From positions 1,364,001 to 1,428,000 of the forward strand of contig JABVCE010000004.1 of the NCBI GenBank assembly GCA_014905635.1: a stretch of DNA of 64,000 nucleotides, in the 5' to 3' direction. The notes beneath the pieces are model-generated. The model was not told where the DNA came from. It was given only the letters and a program-made list of their open reading frames with translations, and searched no databases. Both the position numbers and the translations under genes were made by a program. This document shows, in pieces, positions 49,301 through 60,558 of this stretch (positions are counted from its first letter, which is position 1; the number at the start of each line of letters is the position of its first letter). The stretch comes from Scenedesmus sp. PABB004 (Eukaryota).

Positions 49301-50561
49301 TCGCCGCGCCCGCGACGAGCGCGGGCGCGGGCCCGTGGGGGCCGAGGCCGGTCGCGCGGGCGACGCGCCGCGCCAGCTGGGCTGCTGCACGGGCGCGGCG
49401 GGCGGCTGCCCGGCGTGCCGCAGCAGCCCCGCGGCCGGCGACCAGCCCTGCCTGGGCCAGGTGGTTGGCGGCGAGTGCAGCGAGGGCGCCGCGCCGCCGC
49501 AGCCGCACTGCCCACGCCACCACGGCGACCGCGCACTTGGCCACGCCGGCGACGGGCCGTGCCTCTGTGACGAGGCGTGCTCGTCGGGCGGCGGCGGCCA
49601 GGCGGGCCCGAGCGAGGGCCGCGGCGCGACGAGCATCAGCGGCCTGGGCCTCGCCGCCGAGGACAGCACGGGCGGCGTGTGCGGCGGGGCGACCAACCGC
49701 CTGCTGCGGCACAGCCTCCGCATGCCCGCGAGCGGCGCGGGGCCCACGCACGCCACGTGCAGCGGCGAGCCCAACCGCTGCAGCGCCCCGGCGGGCGGCG
49801 CGGCGGTGCTCGTGCACGGCCGCGCCGAGGCGGCAGCGTCCGACGTGCCGCCCGCCCACCTGGCGGCGCTGGAGCGGCAGCTGAGCCTTGGGGCGGGCGC
49901 GGGCCCGGAGGAGGCCATGGCCGCGGCGGCGCTGGTGGGCGCCAAGCGCGAGCCCGGCGAGCCCGGCGCGCCCGGCGGCGGGAAGCGCTGCAAGGTCGAG
50001 GAGCCCGCCGGCACGCCGCCCGGCAGCAGCACGCCGGAGGCGGTCGCGCTGCTCATGCAGGCGGCTTCGCCCGGCGGCGCGCTGTGGACCTCGGCGCTGG
50101 GCTTCAGGGCGTGGGACGGCGCCTGCGCGCCGGCCACGGCCCCGCCCGCGCTGCAGCTGCCGCTGCCGGCCAACCTGCTGGCGGGCGGCATCCACGGCCT
50201 GGGCGGGCTCGGCATCGCGAGCAGCCTCAGCGCCGTGCTGCAGCAGCAGGCGGCGATGCGCTCGCCGCACGCGGTGTGCGCCGCGCCCAGCCCCGAGCAG
50301 CTCGCGCTGCGGCCGGCGCTGCCGGCGGCGGGCGGCGCGGGCGTGCCCTGCCTCCCGCCCTGGCCGCTGCCGGCGCACCTCGTGTCGCCGCGCGCCTCGC
50401 TGGCGGCGGCCGCTGCCGCGGGCCTGCCGCTGGGCGGCGTCGGGCTGCCCGCCACGTGGCCGCTCGCGGCCGCGGTGGGCACGTGGGCGCCGCGGCCGGC
50501 GCGCCAGCGCCGGCGCGGCCAGGCGGCGGGCTCCGAGCAGACGGACAGCTGCCTGAAGTAG
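46314..50561 (+). CDS. CCT-domain (CONSTANS/TOC1-type) transcriptional regulator, Gln/Ala/Pro-rich
   Basis: RQRAKRKLRQAENRVVQYEIRKVRANNRVRVKGRFVK at about 48805-48915; introns 46357-46446, about 46581-46670 and 48929-49045. The 3' part needs a frame change (candidate intron 49228-49376 or an indel). Confidence 0.8.
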
Positions 50562-51467
50562 CGGCCACGCTGTGGTCGGGGCTGGGCACGCGTGCTGGGG
50601 TATGGCTTGGCTCATCTGACGGGTGCGAGCCCGCCGCAAGACTTGGCGGCGGCGCGGACGCCCGTGGTCAGGCGACGCTCGCAGGCGCGCCAGCGCTTGC
50701 CGCGCCGGCCACGCGGCCGCCCCGTCGCAGGCCCGTTGTTTGTTGGTGGGCCCCTGGGTCGCGTCGTTTTGCGAGCTTGCCGCGCGCAAAAAAGCATCTG
50801 TGGCGGTTGTGCACGGCGCGGCCGCCCCGCAGGCTGCGGCCTGCGCGGGCGGCGCGCCGGGCGGCCGCGTTTAGTGTGGTGGTCCGAATTCGTTCGCTGA
50901 GCGCGTGCGTGCCCCCGCCCGCCCGGCTCCCCCTGCACGGGTCGTCGGCCGTGTCGGTTCCGTGGACCGGCGGCGGCGACGGTCGCACGGGCGCTGGCGC
51001 CGCGCCTACGGGCGAGCCCCCGTGTGCAAATCCCACCGTTTGCTTACGATGATGCCCCCCGCGGTCTCACGCATGCCGACCCCACGGCGACCCGGGCGCT
51101 TTGTGCGCGCTCCGGCGCCTCGCTAGGCCGCTGCCTGCCCGCAGGGCCACATAACGGCCCCGCGCCCTTGTCATGTCTCTGTCGTGTTTCGTGGTCGTCG
51201 TGGTCGTCGTGGTCGTCGCCGTCAGGCGCGGCCGTCCCGCCGCACGCCCCGCTGCCAGGCGGGCGCGGCGGGCCGGCGCGCGGGTCTGGTGTGGGGGGTG
51301 CTTGCTTGGGTATCCGTCTGCAGGTCTGGTATCGTCGGGAGTACAGCGTCTGCGCGCGCAGCAGCAAAACCATGCCGCTGGGTGGTGTCCGAGGTTGGCG
51401 GTGGCAGCGCTCCAGCGGCGACGGCCTCCCTTGGAGTAACCGAGACTCTGGCGCCCCGCCCGACGCG

Positions 51468-52139
51468 CGTCGCCGCTGCTCGCTCTGGCACGACCGCCGC
51501 GCCGCGCCGGGCGCGGGCGGGCTCGCGTGCGCGGGGGGGCTGTGCGCGTGGTGGGCGTGCCCGTCGCCGCGCTCGCGTCCCTGGGAGGCTGCTCAGGCGT
51601 CTCTCCGTGGGCCGGTCCGCACGCCCGGCGCGAGGGCGGCGCGATCGGGGGCGCCGCGGGCGCGGCAGCGGGAGCGGCAGCGCGCGCCGGGGCGTAGGCG
51701 GCGCGCCGAGGCCGCGGGCGTGCCCGGCGGGCCGCCGTTGCAGTCGAGCGCTCACGCAGCGCCGCCCACCGGCAGCGGCGGGCAGCGGATCCACGAGCAA
51801 CCGCCCCCCACAAATATCTACAAGTGCCTTCCATCGCCACGGCCACCCTCGCCGCGCTCGCCGCCCACGCAGCACCCCCGCGGTGGGCCGGCCGAGGGCG
51901 GGCGCGCAGAAAACGCTCTGCAGGGCTGCGCCCCCAGCCAACAGCCTGCCGGGGTGGGGGCAAGGGACGCGCCGCCGCCAACGCCGCCGCCGCCGCCGGC
52001 AGCGCGCGCCAGCTACGGCCGGCCGCGCCCGCCGCAACCCCCGCTGCGGCTCCTGCTGCCGCGCCGCCGGCCCCCGCTGCGGCTCCGGCTGCCGTGCCGC
52101 CGCCCACGCTCGCCGCTGCGCCCGCGCTCCTGCCGCCGC
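51468..52139 (-). repeat. Right arm of the inverted repeat (native last ~42 codons plus downstream region of the MMTAG2-like gene)
   Basis: Reverse complement of 45022-45697; continuous with the MMTAG2 reading frame at its outer end. Confidence 0.97.
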
Positions 52140-53753
52140 CCGCTGTCGTGCCGCCCGCGTGCCCCGCTCCGGCTGCGGCTGCGGCTGCGCGGCCGGCGCT
52201 CGGCGCCGGGGCTGCGGCTGCGCCGCGGCGCGGCGCGCGCGCCAGCGCTGCGGCTCCTGCTGCGCCCCCGACCGCCGTCGCCCTCGCCGTGCCGCCGCGC
52301 CGGCTCGGCGTCGCGGCCGCGCTCGGTGCTGCGGCGCCGCCCGCTGCCGCCGCCGGCGCGCGGCGGCGGCGACGCCGAGCGCCGCCTGCGGCGCGCCGCC
52401 CGGCCGCCGTCGCTGCCGCTGCTGCTCGTGCTGCTGCTGCTGGCGCTGCGCAAACGCCGGCGCTTGTGCTTGTGCTTGGCCTTCTTGGCGGCCTTTGCCG
52501 CCTTTCGGCTGGCCTTCTTCGCCTGCGCGAGCCGGCGGGGGCGGGCCGTCGCGCGCGGCGCCGCCGCAGGGCGCTCTGCCCTTCGCCGCTCTCTCTCTTT
52601 CTCCCTCTCTCTCTTGCGCGCGCGCGCGCCGCCCACCTGCTTCTCAGCCTTGCGCGCGCCGCGCCGGTCCGCCCGGTCCAGCGCCGCGAGCTGCTCCGCC
52701 GTGAGCATGCCAGGCGGGCCGCCGCCGCCGCCGCCGGGGCCGGCGCCGCCCGCGGCGCCGCCCGGCGGGGCAGGCATCGGCGGCGGCGGCGGGTAGGCGA
52801 CCGTGCCCGGCAGCACCGCGCGCACCTCCTCGCGCACCGCGGTCGCGGCCGCGGCCGCGCCAAAGCCCAGCCCCGCGCCGCGCTCGCCCGCCGCGGGCTC
52901 GTCGCCGTCGCGGGGCCCGCCCTTGAGCAGCGCCGCGACCTCGTGCGCCTCCAGCGCCGGCGCGCCCAGCGCGCTCGGCGCGGCCTTGGGCTTCAGGCCG
53001 AGCGCCTGCGGCGCGCGCGCGCGCGCGCGCGTGGGCAACGCGGCGCCCGGCGCAGGCGCGGGCCGCTGCGCGCGGCCGCGCCGCCGCCGCCGCGCTGCGC
53101 AGCCGGCCGGCCGGCCGGCGCCCGGCCCGGCGGCGCACCTCGGCCATCATCTCGCGCTCGCGCGCCTTGACGGCCGCGAGCTCGTCGCTGCTCACGCCGT
53201 CGGCGCCCGCGGCCTTGTTGTACCAAAAGATGTCCTTGCCTGCCGGCGGCACGCAGGGCCGCCCCGGAGGGCACGGGGGGCGCGCGCGGGGCACGGGGCG
53301 GGGGCGGCGGCGTGATGCGGCGGCGGCAGCGGCCGGACGCGGCGAGCGGCGGCGGCCGCCGCAGCAGGCGCCGCGCGCACCCTTCTGCCAGCGCCCGGTC
53401 TGGACCTTGAGGCTGTGGCCGAGGTAGTACGACTTGTCCTTGTCGTTCTGGACCGCCTCCCACGAGAACTCGGCGCGCCCTGCGCCGGCGGCGGCGGCGG
53501 CGGCGCGGCGGCGGCGGCGGCGGCGGCGGCGGGCGCGGCGGGCCGGCGGTCGGCGGCGCGTGCGCCCGGCCGGCCGCACGGCCGCTGGGCGCGCGCGGTG
53601 CGGTCCCGGCCGCCGCACGGCGGCGGGGCGGGCGGCGGCGCACACCGCATGCGCCGGCGCGGCGCCGGCGCGGCGCCGCTGCTCGCCGCCGGCGCTTCGC
53701 CGCCGCACACCTCCGCGCGCGCCGGCCCGGGGCGGGCCGTTGTAGAGGCTCAT
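52013..53753 (-). CDS. MMTAG2: MMTAG2/C1orf35-like protein with Lys- and RS-rich tail
   Basis: MSLYNGPPRAGARGGRAEFSWEAVQNDKDKSYYLGHSLKVQTGRWQKGKDIFWY...VKAREREMMAEALGL; 4 introns; TAG at 52013. Confidence 0.9.
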
Positions 53754-53928
53754 GACCGCAGGTGCGGCGCGCAGCTCCTGCGGGCCTCACGGACGGCGGC
53801 GGCGGCACGGGCGCCGAACGCGCGGCGCTGCGCGGCTGCGGGGCCGGTGCGGTGGGCGTGAAACGCTGGGTGCGGCGCCCGTATGTGGAGGGTGTGTGCG
53901 GGGTGCCGGGGATGTGGCGGCATGAAAT

Positions 53929-53955
53929 GACGACGACGACGACGACGACGACGAC
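53929..53955. repeat. (GAC)n microsatellite in the MMTAG2/PhyH divergent intergenic region
   Basis: About 9 gac units read directly. Confidence 0.85.
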
Positions 53956-54125
53956 AGCAGCGGCGCGGCGTGTTGCCGTGCGGGCCGGCGTGGCTCCTAC
54001 CGCACACCCGGCCTGACCTCCTCTTGTCCTCGTCCCCCACGCCCCACCCCACTCCGCCGTCGACCGCCGCGCGCAAACCGCCGCTGCTGCTGCTGCCGGG
54101 CGCGCGCACGCGGCCCGCGCGCCGG

Positions 54126-55449
54126 ATGGAGCCCGACGCGCCGTCGCACATCGACGGCGACGGCTACGTCGTCAGCGCGGCCGACGCCGCGGCCTTCCGG
54201 GCCAACGGGTTCGGCGCCGCGCGCGGGCCGCCGGCGCCGCGCAACCGCAGCGCACGCCGCGCCGCGTACGCGCGCCGCGCCGCGCCGCGCCGCAGCTTTG
54301 TGCGCCTGCGCGGGGTGCTGACCGAGGCGGAGATGGCGGCAGTCATCGACCCTGTCTACCACGCCTTCATGCGGCGCGAGGTGGCCGTGCCGGGGCGGGA
54401 CCTCTGCGACATGGCCGGCGGCCCGCCCGGCGCCGCGCCGGAGGAGTTTAAGGTTTACAACGTCATGTTGCCCCGCATCTACCGCCCCGACTGGCAGGGC
54501 AACGTGCTGGAGCGCCGCTGCAAGGCGCGCGCGCGAGGGGGAAAGGGAGGAGGCGCGCCGGCGCCCGCGCGCGCCCGGCGCCGCGCCTGCGCGCGCGCCG
54601 ACGCCCCCGCGCCCGCGCGCAGGCGATCGCCGATCAGCTACGAGGCGGCGGTGACGGCGACATGGACTTTGAGATTGACTTCGACCAGATCTTTGCGAAG
54701 CGCGCCTCTGCGCCCGACAGCGCGTTTGACTGGCACCAGGTGGCGGCGGCGGCGGGGCACGCGTGCAGGCGGCGCGAGGCGCCAGACGCCGCCGCGACAC
54801 CGCGCCGCCGTGCCGCCCAGGACGCCGCGTACTGGCCCCCGCTGAAGAGCGACACCGCGGCCGTCAACTGCTGGCTCGCCGTGTCGGACGTCACCAAGGA
54901 GAGCGGCTGCCTGCGCTATGTGCCGGGGAGCCACCTGGAGCCGCAGCTGCGCAGGCACCGCCCAGGCGCGCCGCCGCGCGAGCCCGCGCCGCCGGCGCGC
55001 GGCTGCTCCCGCGCCCGCTCACGCCGCGCCGCGCCGGCCGTCGCGCCGCGCCCGCAGTCGGCGCGACGCGCGCGGAGTCGCACGCGCTGCGCACCGACGT
55101 GGACGAGGCGCGCGAGGCGGTCGTGGACGTGCCGTGCGCGCGCGGCGACGTCATCGTGCACCACGAGGCCGTCGTCCACGCGAGCTGGCCCAACACCAGC
55201 CCGCACTGGCGCCATGCCTACATCCTCAACTTCCGCAAGGTGCGCCACACGCCGCCCGGGCGGGCAGGCGGGGGCCCGCAGGGTAGGCTGCCGAGCGCGC
55301 GCGCCCACGGCCGCCGCGCCGCGCCGCGCCGCCCGCAGCGCGCGTGTATCGCGGAGGAGCGCGCGCTGGGGTTCACGCACAGCCACAACGACGAGGTCAA
55401 TTGGGACGTCTTTGCGCGCTGGCAGGGCGGCGGCGGCCCCGCGGGGTGA
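54126..55449 (+). CDS. Phytanoyl-CoA dioxygenase (PhyH)-family Fe(II)/2-oxoglutarate dioxygenase
   Basis: FRANGFVRLRGVL, FAK, WHQDAAYW (HxD), NCWLAV, GCLRYVPGSH, GDVIVHHEAVVHASWPN...R; 5 introns, 2 GC-AG. Confidence 0.92.
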
Positions 55450-55551
55450 CGGGCAGGACGGCGGCGGCGGCGCGCGCTGCGCACGTCAGGGTTGCGAGTT
55501 GCAAGTTGCAGCGCCCCGGCCGCGCCCCCGGCCGCGCCCCGGGCCGCGCGC

Positions 55552-58500
55552 TCAGCCCGACGCCGCGCCGGCGGCGCTGCGCGTGTAAAAGTCGCTGAAG
55601 TTCAGCCGCGCCAGCAGGAAGCGGACCTCGGCGTTGACCTGCACCGGCAGCGGCGGCGGCGGCGGGGGCAGGGGCGCGCTGAGGCGCCGGGCGCGCAGGG
55701 GGGGCTCTCGGGCGCGCGGCAGGCCAGGCCAGGCCCCGCGCCGCGCACCTCGTTGGCGGCGGCGGGCAGGGCCCTGAGGAAGGCACGCAGCGACGTGCGG
55801 TAGCTGTCCGCGAGGTGGGCGAGCGTGTCGGCCAGCTCGCCGAGCTCGTCGTCCGGCACCGCCTGGGCCGGCGCCGCGCTCGTCGCGCCCCAGCGCCCCG
55901 CCGCGGTGTTGGCCGCCGCCTCGGCGGCGCGGCGCTCGCGCGCCATCAGCCCCGCCTGGACCTGTCGCGGCGGAGGCGGTGGCAGTGCGTTGGCGGCGGC
56001 AGCGCGTGAGGCGGCCGTGGCGGCGGCGCGCGGGAGCCCGGCCCCGCGCACGCCCCCCGCGCAGCCGCACCCGCTCGTTGAAGCGCGCCGCGAGCGGCGC
56101 GAGGCCCATGCACGTCCTCAGCAGCTGCCCCAGCCCCGGGCGAAGCGCCTCGGCCGCGCCGCCGCCAAGCAGCGCGCGCTGCAGCACTGACGCCAGGAAG
56201 CGGTCGTGCGCGGCGATGAGGCTGTCCAGGTCGGGCGCGACGCCCGCGGCGCACACAAACTCGGACCACGCGCCTGCGACGCGTGAGGTGTCGGCGGCGG
56301 TGGCGGACCGGCTCGGCGCGCGGTGCGCGGCGCCCGCCCCCGCGGTCCCCGCCTCGGCCCCCGCGCGGCCAGCGCGCGCTGGCCGCGCTGCGTGCTGCGG
56401 CGGCGCGGGCCACATGGAGGCGGCTCACACTCGAGGACCTCCAGGTTCACGTAGTACTGCAGGTTGACGCACAGGTGCGCCATCTCGGCGCGCAGCCGCA
56501 GGCACGCGCGCAGCAGGCCCAACAGGCGCGGGCGCGCGGGGTCGGCCCCGAAGCGCGGCAGGCTGCGCTCGACCTCGACCTGCGGCGCGGCGGCGCGTGG
56601 GGGGGAGGGGGGGGGGGGCTTGAGGGCGCGTGGGAGGGCGGCCGGCCGCGCGCGGCGCGCGTGGGGGAGAGAGCGGGAGGCGGCCCCGGCGGCGCGCGCA
56701 CCTTGAGCACGTGCCATGCGCTGCCGAGGCTGCGCTCGACGCGGCGCAGCGTCCACAGCAGGCGGCTGAGCCGGCTGTAGCTCGCCTGGGCGGCGGGCGT
56801 GAAGATGCTGCTCAGCGGCGGCCCCAGCGCGTAGTGCAGCGAGAAGACGTCCCACCCGGTCTCGCCCTCGCCTGCGGCCGCGGCGGCGGCGCCCGGCGCC
56901 CGGCGCAGGCGGGCGGGCGGTCGGCGCAGGCGGGGCGCGCGCGGCGGGGGCGCGCGGCGAGGGCGGCGCGGCCCCCCGCGCCGCGCGCTCACCGGCGGGG
57001 GCCTTGCGCGCGCGCAGGCGCTCCTGCGCGCCGCCCTCCTCGTCGGCGCGGCCGCCGCCGGCGCTCGCGGCGAGCGCCTGGCGCAGGAGGTGGTTGAGCG
57101 TCACCTCGCTCACGTCGCGCGCGGGCTTGGCGAGCTCGGGGCCGAGGCAGTCCAGCAGCGCAACCACAAAGTCGCCCTGCGCGCCGGCGGCGGGGGGGGG
57201 GGGGCGTCGGGCAAAGTGTGTGTGTGTGTGTGAGTGAGTGAGTGAGTGAGTGAGTAAGTGTGTGTGTGTGTGTGTGGGGGGGGGGGGGGCATGTGCGCCG
57301 TGCAGCGGTGCGCTGCGCCGCCGCCCCCGCCGCAAGCACGCGCCCGCTGCCGCACGCCGCACCTGGCCCAGCAGCAGGTAGCGCCGGATGGCCTGGCAGT
57401 GCCGCTCCAGCTCGCCGCTGCTGTGCAGCACCGCCATCAGCCGCGCGTCCACGGCGCGCCCCGCCGACACGACGGCGCGCTCGAGCACCGCCAGCTGGGT
57501 CGGCGGCGCGGCGCGGCGCGCGGCGTCGGCGGGGCCGCGCAGACGCCGCGGCGCCCCCCCCCCCCCCCCACACGCACCTGGCCGTAGCCGAGCGCGGCCG
57601 CCGCGGCCGCCGCGCCGGGCGCCCAGTCCTGCACCCAGCGCCCGTCGCCGCACGCGTCGCGCAGGAAGTTGATCGACTTGCCCGACCGCAGTATCGTGGC
57701 CGCGAGGCCGGGGCCCACAAACGGCGGCAGCTTGGCCGGCTCGAGCCGCACCGCGTCGCGCCACGCGTCGCCGCCGCCGCCGCCGCCGCCGGGCACGACA
57801 AAGAACTCGCAGGCCGGGTCGTCCAGGCGGCCCTCAAACACCCACGCCCGGATCATGTCAAACAGGGGCACACACATCTGCGGCGGCCGGCGCCGGGTGG
57901 TGTGCGTGCGCCGTCGGCGCGCCGCGCCGCGCGCGCAGGGCTGGCACCGGCGCGGCGCGGCCCCCCGGCAGGCTGCCGCGCGTCGCGCGCCGCGCGGCCG
58001 CGCGCCTGGTGCAGGATGCGCGTCGCGTAACTGGCCGCCAGCGGGTCGCCGACCTTGCTCGCCGCCCACACCGCGCCCGCGAGGTCGCCGCCGAGGCGCC
58101 CCCGGCAGCCGTCCACGAGCGCGGCGAGCAGGCGCATGCGGCGCAGCGGCTCCGCGAGCCACAGCTGCAGCCGGCGCAGCGAGAGGTACGGCCTCGCCGC
58201 GTCGCGCGCGGGCGACGCGTCGTCGCCGCCGCCGCCGCCTGCGGGCCGGCCGGCGCGCGGCGCAACCGGCGTGGGTCGCCCGTGCGCGGGACACGGCGCA
58301 CCCCCCCCTCCCCGGCCCGTACCCGGCGCGCCGCCCGCGCGTGCTGTGTTCGCACCCGCGTGCGGCTGCGGCGCGGCCAGCTGGTCCTGCAGCACCGCCA
58401 TGAGGCGATAAAAGTCGGTCACCTCCTCGCCCAGCGCCGCGCACAGCGCCTGGTGCACCGAGCCGCGCCCGCGGCCGCGCCCCTCCGCGATGGCCGCCTG

Positions 58501-59843
58501 CACGCGCCTGCGCGGCGCGGGCGCACGCACGCGGGCACCGAGCACGCGGTCGGCGGGCCGCGCCGCCGCCGCGCCGCCCGCGCCGCGCCCCGCGCCGCGC
58601 CCCGCGCGCGCAGCGGTCCCCGCGCCGCACCTGTACATCAGGCCGAGCTCGCCGAGCTCGTGCAGCAACGTGCGCGCGCCCGCCGGCAGCGGCAGCTCCT
58701 CCTGCGGCGCGACGCGCAGCCCCGCGCCGGGGGCGGCGGGGTCGGGCGGCCCGGGCGCAAAGCTGTTGTAGCGCCCCGAGAAGCCCTGCACGGCGCGCAG
58801 CACGTCCTTGACCAGCGCCGCCTGCTTCACCTGCGCGCGCGCGCGCACGGGCGGCAGGCGGGCAGGTGGGCGAGCCCGGCCGCGGCGCTCAGGCGCGCCC
58901 GCCGGGCAGGCGCCCCGCCCGCGCGTGCGGTCGCCGCTCGCTCACCGCGCCCCCCGCGCTGCCGGCGGCCGCGTGCTGCTCGTGCGCCAGCGCGCCGTCG
59001 TGCAGGGGCTTTGGCCGCGGGCCCTGCGCGTGCGCGCGGGCCGGGGCGGGGCCGCCGCGGCGGGTGAGCGGCGCCGGCGGGGGCGGGCGCGGGCCGGCTG
59101 CAGCCGCGCGGCGCGCACCCTGGCCGCCTGGTCGCTGCTGCCCTGCGCCGCGTCCGCCGCCCCGGCCGCGAGGCCCCGCACGGGCAGCACCTGCGCGCGG
59201 GCAGCGCGCGCGCCGCGGGGGCGGGCACGCGGTCGGCGGGCGGCGGCGCTGCAGGCGGCGGCGCCGCGGGCGGCGGCGCTGCGGCCGACGGCGCGCGCCG
59301 CGCGCCGGCCGCGCGCCGCGCGCCTTGGGCAGCTGCAGCGGGCGGTACGCGGCGATGCTGCGTCCAGCCGGCAGCCCCGGCCCGCTGTCCGCGAGCTGCT
59401 GCAGCAGCGCCAGCACCGCCGCGCGCCCGCGCGGCGTGAGGCCCGGCTGCTGGCAGAGCTGCGCGTAGAGCTCCGCGAGCCTGCGGCGGCGGCGGCGGCG
59501 GCGCGCGGGTCGCGCGCGCGGGGGCCCGCGGCGCGGCCCGCGCCCGCCGCCCAGCCGCGCGCCCGCGCGCGCACCGCGCCGCGTCGTCCGGGCGCTGCCC
59601 CGCCGCCAGGCGCTGCCGCAGCGCGTGGAAGAGCACGTCCGGGTCGCCGCCGGCGTCGGCGGCGATGCCCGAGTCGGCCACGCGCAGGGCGTAGCCCAGC
59701 AGGGCGTCGGCGCCGCCGGGCGCGGCGGTCGGGGGCGGCGACGCGTCGCCGCGCGCCAGGCCCGCCACCAGCTCCTCCAGCAGCGCCGCGCGCTCGCCTG
59801 GCCCGCCCCGCCAGCGCGGGGGCGCGCCGGAGGCGCCCAGCAT
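55552..59843 (-). CDS. GCP3: Gamma-tubulin complex component 3 (GCP3/Spc98)
   Basis: LVKDVL, ELGELGLMY, DFYRLMAVL, LSLRRLQLWL, RGGD-like GGDLAG, MIRAWVFEGRLDDPACEFFV, GKSINFLR, AIRRYLLLGQGDFV, GWDVFSLHY, NLQYYVNLEVLECAW, RLNFSDFY; many introns, at least 2 GC-AG. Confidence 0.95.
57216..57289. repeat. Compound (GT)n-(GAGT)n-(GT)n-poly-G microsatellite, intronic
   Basis: Read directly within a GCP3 intron. Confidence 0.88.
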
Positions 59844-60026
59844 GGCCGCGGGGGGCGCTGGACGCGGGGGCGGGCGGGGGCGGGCTCCCTGCGGATGTGA
59901 TGATGGCGCCCAGCTCTCCTCGCGCGCGCGGGCGATGCCCGCTGTGTCGCTCGTCGCCGAGGCGGTCGCCGTCGGCTGCCGTCGTCTGCGACGGCCGACA
60001 GCCCTGGCGCAGCATTCGCTCGAATT

Positions 60027-60047
60027 CTGTCATTTTGAAAATGACAG
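60027..60047. promoter_or_regulatory. Perfect AT-rich palindrome CTGTCATTTT-G-AAAATGACAG in the GCP3/OXS3-like divergent intergenic region
   Basis: 10-bp arms are exact reverse complements; about 185 bp upstream of the GCP3 ATG. Regulatory role is inferred only. Confidence 0.5.
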
Positions 60048-60558
60048 GCGCAGCGCGGCCTCCTCGCCCAGCTCCCAGCCGCGCGCCATACCCTACGCTG
60101 CCACATTCCAGCGACGCAGACGCAGAAACCAGGGGCACGCGAACTCCTGCGCATCGCAGCGCGGCTCTCAGGCGCTGACACAGGTGCGCGACGGCCAGCG
60201 GTCGCGCGGCCGTGGCGCCGGCGGGGCGTGCGCGCGGGGCCGCCGCTGGCGGGCGCCGGCGGGCGCCATCGACAGGAATCGGGCCCAGCGGCCCGCACAG
60301 CGCCACGGACGGCGCGCCGGCGACGCCGGCCACCCTAGCGCCTCGCGGGCTAGGGTCGGCCGCGGCGCGGGCGCCCGGCCGCGCCAGGCGGCCCCGCGCC
60401 GCGCCTCGCTGGCGCGGCCCGCGCCGCCCGCGCGCGCCGCAGCGTCCGCACCCTGCCGCCCCCTGCCCCGGGTCGGTGCGCCGGGCCGCTGAGCGCGCCG
60501 CCGCGGCCGCGCGCTGCGCAGGCGAGGCAGGGGAGGCGCAGCATCTCGCCAGGACGCG

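Noticed and set aside
45022..52139. Inverted repeat read as terminal inverted repeats of a Mutator/Pack-MULE transposon
   Set aside because: No target-site duplication, no transposase, and the right arm is part of the intact MMTAG2 CDS.
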